Source: Bispira polyomma (Eukaryota). Taken from it: a DNA stretch of 64,000 bases. The stretch's first letter is position 1, and each line of letters opens with the position of its first letter. The stretch covers positions 68,944,001 through 69,008,000 of the forward strand of contig OZ287748.1 in the NCBI GenBank assembly GCA_965649765.1, in the 5' to 3' direction. The notes below the pieces were generated by a model that made no database searches, had not been told where the DNA came from, and worked only from the letters and a program-made list of their open reading frames with translations. This document shows, in pieces, positions 63,722 to 64,000 of the stretch. The position numbers were made by a program, and so were the translations under genes.

Positions 63722-64000
63722 AGAGATATCAACAGATCAGATTGTGTGATTGAAGGGTTTCTAGTTTAACTCTTGCTGAACGTAATGGCCACTGGGTCAT
63801 AACATATTAGCTTATGTTTTTAATGCACTTTTAGTTAGATGGTACATTGTAAATTTGGATCCTTTTAATACGTGTAATTGCAACATTTGAAAAATAAATC
63901 TGTATTAATGTCTTTAATTTATCTGGTCAGACTATGTTAAGAAAAATGATTGGCGAAGATTTGGAACATTATAAGATTAAGAATTTGTTTGAATGATAAG

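Overview
AT-rich, intron-rich animal genomic DNA, probably an invertebrate (lophotrochozoan-like; inference). Host genes: (i) 3' end of a sushi/CCP-repeat type-I membrane protein gene (231-4333); (ii) a disabled paralogue-like mucin-stalk + sushi gene (~6987-23310); (iii) a tandemly duplicated gene for a ~237-aa secreted Cys-rich protein, intact at 36319-41318 and pseudogenised at 52299-57496. The window holds three divergent tyrosine-recombinase (Ngaro-like; gag / RT-RNaseH / YR, no methyltransferase) retrotransposons at ~9650-15025, 27893-34578 (complete A1..B1A2..B2 split direct repeats) and 58579-63721, plus a decayed L1/Tx1-like LINE, LINE tails, tRNA-derived SINEs, MITEs and minisatellites. 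Comparing the three YR elements shows an apparent shared expression and integration logic. A phase-1 GT-AG intron joins the N-terminal half of Gag in frame to the recombinase ORF, which lacks a conserved ATG, in all three. A co-varying fold-back structure forms at the B|A circle junction. Elements 2 and 3 also share a conserved UAG-GAC gag/pol boundary suggestive of read-through and an unrecognised ~130-aa domain upstream of RT. Whether these features are already published could not be checked.
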